Position numbers and translations under genes: made by a program. 64,000 nt of DNA from Octopus sinensis (Eukaryota), in NCBI RefSeq assembly GCF_006345805.1, contig NC_042999.1:137826001-137890000 (forward strand), given 5' to 3'. Position 1 is the stretch's first letter. Each line of letters starts with the position of its first letter. Positions 1 through 11,900 of the stretch are shown in pieces. The notes beneath the pieces are model-generated. The model ran no database searches, had not been told where the DNA came from, and worked only from the letters and a program-made list of their open reading frames with translations.

Positions 1-34
1 TGTTCCACTGTTTCTATTTATGTTACTTCTATAG

Positions 35-250
35 TAATACTGCCCACGATCTTCTCTGGCACACCATAGTGTTGTAAGATGTCCCAGATTGTCTGCCTAT
101 CTACACTGTCAAATGCTTTTTCAAAGTCGATGAAGCACACATAGAGTGACATTTGCTATTCCATTGTCTGCTCCACGATGACTCTTGAGTGTCACAATCT
201 GGTCCGTGCATGATCTCTCCTTTCTGAAACCTGCCTGCTCATCTCTGTGC
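35..250 (-). mobile_element. Degenerate RTE-clade LINE, reverse-transcriptase fragment
   Basis: Minus strand reads EQAGFRKERSCTDQI...LYVCFIDFEKAFDSVDRQTIWDILQHYGVPEKIV, with a stop and a frameshift. Confidence 0.85.
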
Positions 251-279
251 TGCTTGTAAATGGTTAGCTTGTTGAAATT

Positions 280-474
280 TCAAGTGAATGTGCTAAATAT
301 GTGGCGACACCTCATGTGGAAATTGTTATCTTGTATGTCTCCTATAGACAATCCAGGATCATAGGCATACAGAATTTTAACAACAGCTGCAAAGCAGACT
401 TTCAGCTTTGTGATGAGGGTGATTCTCTTAAGCTTCCACACATTCTCACTAAACCCATTGGAGAATTTGATCAT
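280..474 (-). mobile_element. Degenerate RTE/BovB-like LINE C-terminal fragment
   Basis: ORF VWKLKRITLITKLKVCFAAVVKILYAY...NFHMRCRHI resembles the post-RT segment of RTE ORFs (VW..RGI.L.TKLKVY.AVVL..LLY...FH.RCLR). Confidence 0.55.
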
Positions 475-616
475 AAATTTTCAAGGCTCTTTTTGTTGTT
501 CAAAGGATTTCTAATCAAGCAAACCTGTGCCTAAAGATCTCACTTTTTTCCTAAGTGCAGTGTACCTTGGATCACATCTGATGTGTCCCTTTCTTAGATA
601 GAAGTATGTGATTTAA

Positions 617-665
617 CCCTTTAGCATTTAAACCAGCTGTATCAGACTCAAATATTCTACTTGTT
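617..665 (+). mobile_element. Left end of a piggyBac-type MITE (fragment)
   Basis: TTAA followed by CCCTTTAGCATTTAAACC; same family as 62036-62243. Confidence 0.45.
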
Positions 666-3600
666 CTACTGTAATGGTGAACTGTACTTCATTGTATTAA
701 GCAAATTAATGAAAGTGAAAAGTATTTGTCAGAGACACAGAAGCAATAATGCTGGTTGTATGATTATAAACTGTATATAAACTGCCAAGCCTAAGGTTGG
801 CAGACCACTGTCACTTTGGATTTGATCAGTAGAAACTCTCATTAAGAAAAACACAGTTTCTTGGCAAAAATAGTTGAGGGCTTGGCTAAATTGAATTACA
901 CTGTTTAGCTGCACCCATTATATTCTACATGTAAATTATACCAGAGTTAACATAAACAATAAAATAAGTGTTCAGTCATATACTCGTCTTAATTCATTCA
1001 ACCTAACCAGTCTCCTACATATTTGTTGCCAGAAGACAAAATTAATCCTTGCTAAGAATGTTTAAAAATTAAATGTCTGAGATGAGTTGTAAATAAGATT
1101 CAGACTAATGATATCTTTTAGAGATGAAAAAATTTTCAATATGCTGTTACAATCAATTTGATATTTGTCAATGGGTGTTTTATTTCAATGAAACCACAGT
1201 TTAGGTGGAAATATTAAAAAAAAAATCTTTCATGAGGATAGTTGTCAAAAAAATTATTATCTTATGAACAGATGTATTCTAATATTTTAGCATTCATCAT
1301 CATCATCATCGTTTAACATCCATTATTGTTAATTTCTCTATTCAGAATTTAAACAAAAGATACTTCACACAGCCAAATGAGTAAAGTATTTGTCTATATT
1401 CAATACAGATTCTTCATAATGTTTTCTAACATTTGTACTTGCTTGTTTACTATATTAGTTGACCCATATACCATTATTCCAAAACAACAAAGTTCCAAGG
1501 CAATTATTTGCTGTGTATATATGTATGTATTTATGAATTTGTATGCACATGGATTTATATTCACACAATAAAACAAATTAGAATTAGTCAGTCACGGGTT
1601 CCATCTTTAGACACACAGTAAAAAAAAATGAGAATCTTATTTCAGAATGAAGAATGATTTAAAGAGCAATTTTACAAAAGACATAAGCACATAGAAATAA
1701 ATATAAATTACTAATACATTGTTCAAATTCATATTGTCTCTCCAGAGGATACAATTCAAATCACTCTACAGCAATAATACTATTATGTAAATATTTCCAT
1801 AGTAATTTAAGTATCTCCTGGAGATCTAAGTGGTTCATTGGAACTAGTACTTAGCCCCAGTTTCATAGTGTTAAGCAAATAAGATAAATCTTTCCCTGGA
1901 TAGGAGACTTTATCCTGAAGATCTGGTTGCTGTTCTTTGTAGCTTGATGAAACAATGTATACTGCCAGTATTGAAGCAGAATTGAACTCAAACTCCATAA
2001 GCTGATGGTCCAATAGTAAATATACACAACCATTCCCCTTCTTTTATTACTCATATAAACTACATTATATTAACTGCCTCCGATAAAAAGTGCTTGTCAT
2101 TAAAGAAAAGGTGGTAAAAGAAAGAAAAAAAGAAACCCAACAATAAAAAATGTTTTCATGCAACTGACAAAATTTCTAATTCCATGTCTAACAAAATAGA
2201 AGTAAGAAACTTCTGCAAAAGGATCCAATCATATAATTAATGTAGAGATATTAGAAAAGTTCTGGCTTTAAGATATAAAAAATATCATTTGAGCGAAATA
2301 GCCGAGTACATATATTAAGCCAGAAACTGATAGATCATGAGTTCAAGTCTACCACAGAAATTCAGCTGTTTTTTGTGACAGTACACAAATCTACAGAACT
2401 CAAATCACTAAACTATTGAGAATAGCTAGCAGACCATTTGAAACATTTAAACAATCTGTCTAATGCCATAAACTAGAACTGAGCATAGCTTTTATTAATT
2501 TTATTAAAATGCAAATATCTCAAAACATTTGCTTGAAGCAGGAAAATATTGGAAATGTAGCAAGCACATCAATATACAGCTACATTATTCATTTTATAAT
2601 TTTATTTCATAAATCACATTTTGTGGACAATAGCATCATTGATTATAGGTTTTACAAGGTCAATCACTGCACTGGATTTATAAATGACAAATGATGTCAC
2701 TGACACTCTGGCAGAACAAATATCACAGAAGACCTTGATTGAAAGCAGTCAGTTTACTGGGGTGAAGGGTCTGAAAGTTACACACATACAAGTTCCAGTA
2801 CAGTTTCTATCTGCCAAATTCCTCTGAACCCAAGGCTACAGTAGGAGATACTTATTCAGGGTATTACAGAGTGCCATTGAAACCAGAATCATGTATTTGT
2901 GAAACCATACCCATATTTGTGCATATCACACTCCATTAGCCTTCTATACTGTATTGCAGGACACTACAATACATAATTCTCCTCTACACCATTTCAAGAC
3001 AGCTGTTACACTATTCCATGAAGAACTTCAACATCACAGTCAATTTTGTGGAAGTTTGTGATGTTATCAGTATTTGCATTGTTCATGGCCAATTAACATT
3101 ATTCTTGCAGGAAAAAAAAAGCCTACCAAAAATAAACCAACATCCTGCCTAAAGGAACATTTTGATATCCACTCAATGTTATGGAAACTAGAACTGATCA
3201 CTGACTGAATAGATACCTGCACTTTGAAGGTTTCTTTTCTTTCCTAACTAATAAAACTGCTCACAACTACATATAGGGAGTTAAATATTCAAATCTGTAG
3301 ATTTTAAAAAAACCATTCACTATTCAGTAATTATATGCTATAAACACATGGTATTGCTAATTATCAGTCTTAGAAGAATTCTGCAAAATACCATTAACTG
3401 TAAACTCAAAGATGTTTACAGAGTTAATTTGTGTAGCTGAGTAAGGTGCTGATACGAAAAACTAGTTAATGTTTTCATAGATTTTTCTTCAAAAAGTGCC
3501 TGCTGTATTTAGTAATTCAAGTGAGGATATATTGGATTAGTTCTTGATGATTTTAGTAATGCAAATTAACACAATACTTATGTTTATGCAATACTAGTAT

Positions 3601-3974
3601 ATGTGCAATCATTGTTTACTATTTGTATTGGTAAATGCTCAATACCTCTAAGTTTCACAGATTTAGCGTGTACCTATGCTTGGAATATATGGATTTGTGA
3701 GACTGATCTCAATTTAAGACTAATATTACAAGTTTGGCTGAAGTATTGCTTACTTTAATTCCTAGATTGACAACTTAGCAGGGAATACATCCCCAAACAA
3801 TTTCATCCAATGTATCTAGATGTGGTTAAGAGCTGTTTGCTTGTAAAGTAAGCTGAACAGATTTCATTAATTCAGGCCAATATGCCTTTAAGTACCTACA
3901 AACCCATTCAACATGATCTCAAGAACATGCATAGAATGACCAACACCCTATGTGGTAATTATACCCTTACTTGA

Positions 3975-4215
3975 ATAAACTCTTCAGCTAAAGGTGTTAA
4001 TAATGATCAATCTTTTGCTCAATTGAATAGATGCTGAAGATCACTTTTGGCTTCAAACTTTCTTCTCCATTTGTTTTATCTTTTGATTAACAAAGTGGAA
4101 TGGTATAATTAATTTGCCAAAGCAGTTTCAGTGGCATTTGCTTTGATAATACTCCATAGTAATTGACAATGCACAATCAAAAGTGGCAGCAAAATCCACT
4201 ACTGTGACAACTGTT
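3975..4215 (-). mobile_element. Ancient RTE-like RT remnant
   Basis: Frameshifted pieces VVDFAATFD / LLWSIIKA / MPLKLL / FEAKS / LFN*AKD* follow the RT motif order VDFAAAFDS..LWRI..MPPKLL..FEIRSG..LFNYAIDW. Confidence 0.5.
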
Positions 4216-5227
4216 AGAATGATTATAAGGAGGCATTAATGCTGAAAGATCCAGTGATATGGAAAATTTCCAGTATCCTGAAATTTTACAAATAAGATGA
4301 TGCAGCTATGTCACAGAAAGCTTAAAACTAACTTTGAAGACTTTCATCAAAGACCTTCCTCAAAGAAGCTAATGGTGCCTAATACTTAATCATTTACTAT
4401 TACTCTCTTGAATTCATTTATAGTTTGTGAACTATTTCCCTTTGGTTATATGAACTAGAATTTCGCATTTTGCTTGTGAGGCAGCATCATTCCAGTAATG
4501 GGATATAAATAGTCAACTCCATCAAACAGGCCAACATCCTAAAATTTTAGACAAATATAACCCCTGATAAAATATAGCTTAATCAGTTAGATCAGTGGTT
4601 TACAAATTTGGCCCTAACACCTCATAGAGGGTTATTTCAGTTTGAATAAAGGAGCTCTTACTACTTTGAAATTTATGTAATTACCTGGTATGATACTGAG
4701 TGGTCCATTCTTCTTGGTAAGGTTAGCAGAAATACTAAAACCTGATATTCTTTAAATATTTTAATAGTATGTAATTCCTAAAATTTCATGATAATGAAAA
4801 TTTACCTTATCACTAGACTATTGCAGCTTTACTACTGCTATTCAATGAAGAAGAGAGAAGTGTGTGTGGCAGCTGACATGAAAACAGCTGAACCGATGTA
4901 GTAAGCACTTTACCATCCCGCTCCTTAACACTTTTCAATATGCTATGGTTACATGTACTTCATCAAAACAGCTTCCACTTCATCATAGATAATAGAGTCT
5001 AAATCTTTATATATTGATTGATGCTTCTTGATCATCAATCCAACACAGTTTAATGTAGCATTTTAAGTTGTTTAAATATTTTGCTTTGATAAGGCACAAA
5101 GTCAATTTTCATGGAGGGCTGGGTAAGGAAATGTATAAAGTCAACTGAATCAACTTCAGTGTAATACTTAAACACATGCAAAGGATGAAAGATAAAACAG
5201 TAATAATATTTGAATCCAGAACATAAA

Positions 5228-5700
5228 TCATCATCATCATCGTTTAACATCCGCTTTCCATGCTAGCATGGGTGAGGCGATTTGACTGAGGTCTGGCGAA
5301 CCAGATGGCTGCACCAGACTCCAATCTCATCTGGCAGAGTTTCTACAGCTGGATGCCCTTCCTAATACCAACCACTCTGAGAGTGTAGTGGGTGCTTTTA
5401 CGTGCCACTGGCACGAGGGCCAGTCAGGTGGTACTGGCAACAGCCATGCTCAAATGGTGATTTTTATGTGCCACCTGCACAGGAGCCAGTCCAGCGGCAC
5501 TGGCAACAACCTCGCTTGAATATTTTTTCACGTGCCACCAGCACAAGTGCTGGTAAGGCAACGCAGGTAACAATCACGCTCGAATGGTGTTTTTTACATG
5601 CCATCGACACACGGAGGCCAGCTTATTGCTCTGGCAATGATCTTGCTCATATGATACTCTTAGCACTCCATTAGTACGGGTGCCAGTCATCGAATTTGAT
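5228..5700 (-). mobile_element. Solo RTE 3' UTR (subfamily B) with (GAT)n tail
   Basis: (tca)n-tcgtttaacatccgctttccatgctagcatggg terminus plus diverged ~60-bp repeat units; homologous to the UTR at 24060-24613. Confidence 0.85.
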
Positions 5701-6124
5701 TAAATGAAGGCACTTAATCTATTTTGTAGGGTATTTTGATTTTATTTTTATAGTAATAAACTCTTGTTGTCCCATTTCTTTTCACATTTTAACATTATGG
5801 CACCATGGACATGCTACTTAATTGCTTGATGTCTAAAATAACTTGATTCTCATTGAAGAGTATATTAAATTTTCAACAATTCAAACCATGTAAACTAAGT
5901 CTTGAATGAAATATTTTTTTAGAAATATAACAACCATCAGTGTACAATTTTACTTTATCATTACTTCAAACAAGCATGTGTAATTATCCTTTGACTAATT
6001 TTCTGCTGTCATGAGTAATTAGTAATTATTCACCTATACATATATTTTTTTATATGAAAGCCTTAAACAAGACAAGAAACCACTTAGTGTAAAAGACTAT
6101 GAAGGAGAAATTAAAATGAAAGGA

Positions 6125-6630
6125 ATTAATTTACTTTCAACTTGAAAGAATTCAGGTCATAAAGAGGAAAACAATGAGATGGATGAGAGTTCCAAAGTCT
6201 GGCAGTTCGAGAAAAAAAACTATGACCATAGAAAGATTTGTTGTTCATGAAGACAGAACAGCATTTGGATGAAGACGCTGTGAGTTTCAAGTGAGGCGAG
6301 ATGGAACAAGGTGATCTGGAACTAAGAGAGGAAGTTCATCAGAGCACTTTCTGTGGCAATAATGATAGAAAAAACTAAGATTGGTGATGTCACATCAGTG
6401 TCACAAAAGTTGTAGAGTTGAAGCAAGAGAAAGACCACTCAAATTAGAGAATCACTTCTGAACCTGGTCAAGGACATTCAGGTGAAAAGATGGTGCACCT
6501 GCCCAAATATAACAAGTGTATTCCATATACAGATGAATTGTGGACTTGTAAAGATACAAAATGGCCTTGGATGTGAGGTAGTCCTTTGACCTATACAATG
6601 ACCCAGCCTTATGAGAAGCAGACCTACCAA
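6125..6630 (-). mobile_element. Degenerate CR1/L2-group LINE, 3' coding end
   Basis: Minus strand reads LYLYKSTIHLYMEYTCYIWAGA...LDQVQK...FFYHYCHRKCSDEL...FFSRTARLWNSHP...YDLNSFK, a typical CR1/L2-group C-terminus, with stops. Confidence 0.75.
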
Positions 6631-6633
6631 CTG

Positions 6634-6737
6634 ATCATCATCATCGTTTAACGTCCATTCTCCATGCTAGCATGGGTTGGACAGTTCGACTGGGGATCTG
6701 GGAAGCCAGAAGGCTGCACCAGGCTCCAGTCTGATCG
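6634..6737 (-). mobile_element. Short RTE 3'-tail fragment
   Basis: Matches the terminal ~100 nt of the element at 8572. Confidence 0.8.
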
Positions 6738-6789
6738 TATATAAGAACCCCAAGAGGGATCAGGTGATAAAGTGTTATCACTGTTACCT

Positions 6790-7435
6790 ATATCTTCCTC
6801 AGGTTTCACTTATATTGTCACTGCATCTATTTCCACATCCATTGTCCATTCACTTCACATGTTCATGTCAGTTGCTTCTCTTTCTAATAGATCATGCTCA
6901 CGACATCATTCCTCTAAAGCACTTTTAGACTTTCCATAATCACTGCCCCATCTTACTAATATGGAGTATTACACTTCTTACAGTTTTATATACTTTCTCT
7001 CACAAATAAAAAGAGAAACATTTTGTCAACAAAGACAGCTCTTTATCTTTCTAGTTACCATACTTTCACTACAGCTACGTCCCATATCAATTGAATCACA
7101 AATGTAAAACAAAAACTATCAACTGTATCTTTTGAGCAATTCATGGACTTGACTTCATAGATGCTTTAACTGCTAACTATTCCTATGCATCTATCCCATC
7201 TACTGTCCTAGTTATTTGCCAGCCTCCCAGAAATCAAATTTGTACTCATTGCTCATTCTTTTACATACAAGTAAAGCCACTTCCCAGATAGTACAAGAAT
7301 TTCATGCTCTTTCTTAATAAATAGCACTTTAGTCATTAGCTTGATCTTTAAATTCTCGATCTTACTTCAAAGATTTGTACTCTTTCTGCAACTCTTTGAC
7401 AGACTCCACTATGAGAACCAAGTCATCAGCCATGG
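6790..7435 (-). mobile_element. Highly degenerate RTE LINE fragment
   Basis: ADDLVLIVESVKELQKEYK matches YADDLALIAESLSELEEKF of the young RTE; the downstream sequence is collinear but decayed. Confidence 0.6.
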
Positions 7436-8469
7436 GTAGGTATATTTTTTGAAGTAACTTGTATCCTACCATGGCCCTGGAGAATATGCAGTTATATTGG
7501 AATGAGGTAGACATATGTCTTTTCTGGGAGAAAGAGAAAACTCTACTTCTCAACATAGACTACTAATTAGTAACATTGGAGTAAGAACTAGACAGACCCA
7601 GAGACAAAAAAACAATCTGAAGAAGGTATGAAAGCTAGCAGATCACTCATCACTCAGCCTGGGTGTAAAAGAAAACTAGATGATGTGCATATTCAGATAG
7701 GGAAGGAAACGTCAAGGAAACAGAGATCAGTGACAGAGGAGACATCTGAAGTTTTTATGAGATAACTTATTGCAAGGCACAAACCAGATCTGTGGATAAA
7801 GCAAGGTTCCAACCAAATAGAGGGTGATGTGGTATGGTTGAGAGCACCATAAAAGCAAGCTCAAAAAGAAAAAAGAGAAACAAAAAACCACATCAAGTAG
7901 CTTAGAGAAAAGTTAGAAATTAGATATACTTAGCAAAGTAGAAAGAAGTCTGCCAATGTTCTGCTGTCAGGCTCAGAGGTATGAGGTGTTTTCAATTGCA
8001 CTAAAAGCATGCAGGTAATGAGGCATGGGTTCTGACACCAAAAAAAGCATATAGAAACACTAATACAGGAAGTTCCTGAATGAGGAGTATGCATTAGAGA
8101 TAAGACGTACATGTAAGTCTAACAGAAATTAGCTATTGAAATTGACAGGCATATGATTAAGATAACCATGATATGAAGGCAGCCACACCATCAGAGATAG
8201 TCTCTGAGAGCTGAAAATATCCAGCGATGTAGGATATATATTTGTCATGTCAATTAAATAATACAGTATTATCAATAACTGCTATAAGGACAAAGGAGAC
8301 GCTTAAGAAAGAAGCAACTGCAGGGTAGCAAGCTGATAAACTTAGATAAGATGGAGTTATAGTGCATGTCAGATTGGACAAAAACTGATACCCTTTTCCA
8401 AGTGAGGTGATTACAAAAGAAGTTCTTTGCAAAGTGCAATCCATTATACCTGGCATTTAGTGACCTGTA

Positions 8470-8571
8470 GTATGGTGCTTGCTAAGAAAACTAGGTATAG
8501 ACGAATGGTTTGTGAGAACAGTGCAAGTTATGTACAGATGTTCTGTCAGAAAGTAAGAGTTCACAATGAGT
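8470..8571 (+). mobile_element. Old RTE copy, left part (interrupted by the young RTE)
   Basis: Encodes LRKLGIDEWFVRTVQVMYR..VRVHNE; continues at 11037. Confidence 0.75.
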
Positions 8572-8749
8572 TCATCATCATCATCATCATCATCGTTTAA
8601 CGTCCGCTTTCCATGCTAGCATGGGTTGGACGGTTCAACTGGGGTCTGGGAAGCCCGAAGGCTGCACCAGGCCAGTCAGATGTGGCAGTGTTTCTACAGC
8701 TGGATGCCCTTCCTAACGCCAACCACTCCGAGAGTGTAGTGGGTGATTT

Positions 8750-9150
8750 TATGTGCCACCGACACAGGTGCCAGACGAGGCTGGCAGACGGCCACGCTCG
8801 GATGGTGTTTTTTATGTGCCACCGACACAGGTGCCAGACGAGGCTGGCAGACGGCCACGCTCGGATGGTGTTTTTTTATGTGCCACCGACACAGGTGCCA
8901 GACGAGGCTGGCAGACGGCCACGCTCGGATGGTGTTTTTTATGTGCCACCGACACAGGTGCCAGACGAGGCTGGCAAACGGCCACGCTCGGATGGTGTTT
9001 TCTTATGTGTCACCGACACAGGTGCTAGACGAGGCTGGCGGACGGCCACGCTCGGATGGTGTTTGTTACGTGCCCTCAGCACGGAGGCCAGTCATTGCGG
9101 TACTGGCTACGGTCACGTTCGGATGGTTTTCTTATGTGCCACCGGCACTG
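8750..9150. repeat. Tandem ~63-bp repeat array in the RTE 3' UTR
   Basis: About five near-identical units of tatgtgccaccgacacaggtgccagacgaggctggcagacggccacgctcggatggtgtttt, followed by a diverged unit. Confidence 0.95.
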
Positions 9151-9329
9151 GTACCACAAGGATACAAATTCCATTGATGTTCATCTATTTTGATTTGGTT
9201 CGATTTGATTTGATACGATTCGATTCGATTCTCACTTGCCTCAACAGGTCTTCACAAGTGTCACAAGAAGGAAGGTATGCACAGGTGGACTGACTACGTC
9301 CCAGGTAGGGGCCACGGATTATGGCTTCA

Positions 9330-10946
9330 CTAGTCTTGCCGGGTCTTCTCACGCACAGCATACTTCCATAGGTCTCGGTCTCTAGTCATTTCCATGGTGA
9401 GACCTAACGTCCGAAGGTCGTGCTTCACCACCTCGTCCCAGGTTTTCCTGGGTCTACCTCTTCCACGGGTACCCTCAACTGCTAGGGATTGGCACTTTCT
9501 CACACACCTCTCTTCATCCATTCTCGCCACATGACCATACCAGCGCAATCGTCTCTCTTGCACACAACAACTGATGCTTCTTAGGTACAACATTTCTCTC
9601 AAGGTACTAACGCTCTGTCGAGTAAGTACACTGACATTACACATCCATCGGAGCATACTGGCTTCGTTCCTCACGAGCTTACGCATGTCCTCAGCAGTCA
9701 CGGCCCATGTTTCACTGCCATGTAGCATAGCTGTTCGTACACATGCATCATACAGTCTGCCTTTTACTCTGAGCGAGAGGCCTTTAGTCACCAGCAGAGG
9801 TAAGAGCTCCCTAAACTTTGCCCAGGCTATTCTTATTCTAGCAGTTACACTTTCAGCGCACCCACCCCCACTACTGACTTGGTCACCTAGATAGCGGAAA
9901 CTATCAACTACTTCTAGTTTTTCCCCCCGGAAAGTGACAGAAGTTGTTTTCTGCAGATTTTCGGAGGTCAGTGCTCCAGAGCACCTGCCACATACAAAAA
10001 CTATCTTCCCAGTTAGCCTACCTTTGACATTGCTGCACCTCTTATGTGTCCATAGCTTACACTGGGTACATCTTATAGAGTTTCTACCTACACCTTTTCT
10101 ACAGATCGAACAGGGCCATCTTCCTGATGATATTTGTGGGTTTTCTACCTTTCTACTTATTAGTACTTTGGTTTTAGCTAGGTTGACTCTAAGGCCCCTC
10201 GATTCTAAACCCTCCTTCCACACCTGGAACTTCTCCTCCAGTTCTGATAGTGACTCAGCGATTAGAGCGAGGTCGTCAGCATAGAGGAGCTCCCAGGGGC
10301 AACCGGTCTTGAATTCCTCCGTTATTGCCTGGAGGACTATGATAAATAGGAGGGGGCTGAGTACTGAACCCTGGTGGACCCCAACCTCTACTTTGAATTC
10401 TTCTGTGTACATGATGCCAACTCTAACCTTACTTACGGCATCTCTGTACATGGCTTGCACAGCCCTCACCAGCCATTCATCTATCCCTAGTTTCCTCATT
10501 GACCACCAGATGAGGGATCGGGGGACCCTATCAAAGGCTTTCTCCATGTCAACAAAAGCCAGGTACAGGGGCTTATCCTTGGCTAGGTATTTCTCCTGCA
10601 GCTGCCTTACCAGGAATATAGCATCAGTGGTGCTTTTCCCTGGGACAAACCCAAACTGCATCTCATCTAAACTAACTCTCTCTCTAATTAGTTGGGCTAA
10701 GACCCTCTCCGTAACCTTCATTACCTGATCCAACAGCTTGATACCTCTGTAATTATTTGTATCCAGGGCATCACCTTTACCTTTGTAGCAGTTGACTAGT
10801 ATGCTGCTACACCAGTCATTGGGTATGACTCCTTCGTGTATCACCTGGTTGACTATACGGGTGACTAGGTTATAGCCGACACTGCCAGATATTTTGAGCA
10901 TCTCTGCAGTAATTCCTGATGGGCCTGGGGCTTTCCCTGTCTTCAT
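9330..10946 (-). CDS. RTE LINE ORF: reverse transcriptase with inserted Cys/His finger (N-terminally truncated)
   Basis: 538-aa ORF with NYRGIKLL, QFGF, FVDMEKAFDRV, GVHQGSVLSPLLF, LLYADD, FRYLG and the RTE C-terminal RRLRWYGHV / RGRGRPRKTW motifs. Confidence 0.93.
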   Translation of the reverse strand: MKTGKAPGPSGITAEMLKISGSVGYNLVTRIVNQVIHEGVIPNDWCSSILVNCYKGKGDALDTNNYRGIKLLDQVMKVTERVLAQLIRERVSLDEMQFGFVPGKSTTDAIFLVRQLQEKYLAKDKPLYLAFVDMEKAFDRVPRSLIWWSMRKLGIDEWLVRAVQAMYRDAVSKVRVGIMYTEEFKVEVGVHQGSVLSPLLFIIVLQAITEEFKTGCPWELLYADDLALIAESLSELEEKFQVWKEGLESRGLRVNLAKTKVLISRKVENPQISSGRWPCSICRKGVGRNSIRCTQCKLWTHKRCSNVKGRLTGKIVFVCGRCSGALTSENLQKTTSVTFRGEKLEVVDSFRYLGDQVSSGGGCAESVTARIRIAWAKFRELLPLLVTKGLSLRVKGRLYDACVRTAMLHGSETWAVTAEDMRKLVRNEASMLRWMCNVSVLTRQSVSTLREMLYLRSISCCVQERRLRWYGHVARMDEERCVRKCQSLAVEGTRGRGRPRKTWDEVVKHDLRTLGLTMEMTRDRDLWKYAVREKTRQD

Positions 10947-11036
10947 GCTCCTAACTGCCTTAGCTACTACGGAACTATCAACTCGGATAGCTGGTCCCTC
11001 TGTTGGGTCAACATTTGGCAGACTCTCTTTATCCCA

Positions 11037-11260
11037 AGGACATTTTTGTATACAGGTAGGAATCCATCAGGGTTTCCTTCTCTGCCTCCTCCTATTTATC
11101 ATAATTCTTCAGGTCATAACAGGGGAGTTTAAGACTAGTTATCTAAGGAAGATGATCTAGTCTTTAGAGGTAAATCTGTCAAAGAATTACATAAAGAAAT
11201 TCCAAACATAGAGTCAAAGACTAGAATTGAAAGATTTTAATGTATTCTTCTTCAAGTAGT
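11037..11260 (+). mobile_element. Old RTE copy, right part
   Basis: QVGIHQGFLLCLLLFIIILQVITGEFKT..DDLV continues the fragment that ends at 8571. Confidence 0.75.
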
Positions 11261-11289
11261 TAAAGATTTTCACCATACAGTGCTAAGAA

Positions 11290-11900
11290 TCTTAATCTCC
11301 TCTTAGCTTTGACAAGTCTTCAATTTAATGTTGTATATTTCTGTAAAGTGGTTCTCGTCCTCTATTTGGATGTGGAAGTCTCCTAAATAGAACATCTGAT
11401 ATGGCCTGGTATTCAAAACAACAGCAGCAGCAGCCAATAAAGACAAATCTGTACTGAGCAACAAAAATACAGATTGGTGGAATGTATCTATAAGTCTCCT
11501 CTTTGGTCTTCCTCTTCTGCAGGTTCTTTCTACATGGATCCTTACACCATGGGATGCTTTGAGCCCTCATGTAAAACCTAGTGTACATACCATTAAGATG
11601 ACTTTAAAGTTCTTTCTTCATGGCCCAGGTTTCAGCTCCATAGAGAAGAATGCTCTCTACATTTGCTTTGAAGAAGACCAACATTGTTAGCTTTGAAATA
11701 CTTGTCAGATGTTTTGTAACTTCTTACAGGCATTCCAGTAACATAGGACACTGACTTTCTTGTGTTGTGTCATAGTTTGAACAAATTGCCTGGTGGTTTT
11801 CATTTTCATTGATGGTCATGTACTCAGTCCTCTTTGCATTGGGAAACCTCAACTTTGACTACATTCTCAAGGGATGTTAACAAGTCTTGAGCATCATAGT
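11290..11900 (-). mobile_element. Degenerate RTE-group LINE (different family), C-terminal part
   Basis: FFKANVESILLYGAETWAM...LNGMYTRFYMRAQSIPW...IPPI...ISDVLFRRLP. Confidence 0.75.

Larger units (their letters stand above)
8572..11036 (-). mobile_element. Young 5'-truncated RTE-clade LINE (RT + PHD-like finger + 3' UTR + (GAT)n tail)
   Basis: Frame is open from ~11036 (WDKESLPNVDP) to the stop at 9330; ~760-bp 3' UTR with tandem repeats; (tca)n tail starts at 8572; endonuclease domain is absent. Confidence 0.95.

Noticed and set aside
975-1052. Possible minus-strand exon (QGLILSSGNKYVGDWL, MORN-like, or RINFVFWQQICRRLV)
   Set aside because: Too short, in-frame stops follow, and no partner exons were found.
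1807-2054. Two overlapping minus-strand ORFs of 63-68 aa
   Set aside because: No recognisable homology or convincing splice sites.
4460-4840. Cluster of minus-strand splice-like signals
   Set aside because: Joined frames give nothing recognisable, and the region borders an ancient LINE remnant in AT-rich DNA.
8750-9150. CRISPR-like regular repeats
   Set aside because: The units are contiguous with no unique spacers, no cas genes are present, and the array lies in a eukaryotic LINE 3' UTR.
9574-10728. Plus-strand ORFs of 106-139 aa
   Set aside because: They are antisense shadows of the RTE ORF.
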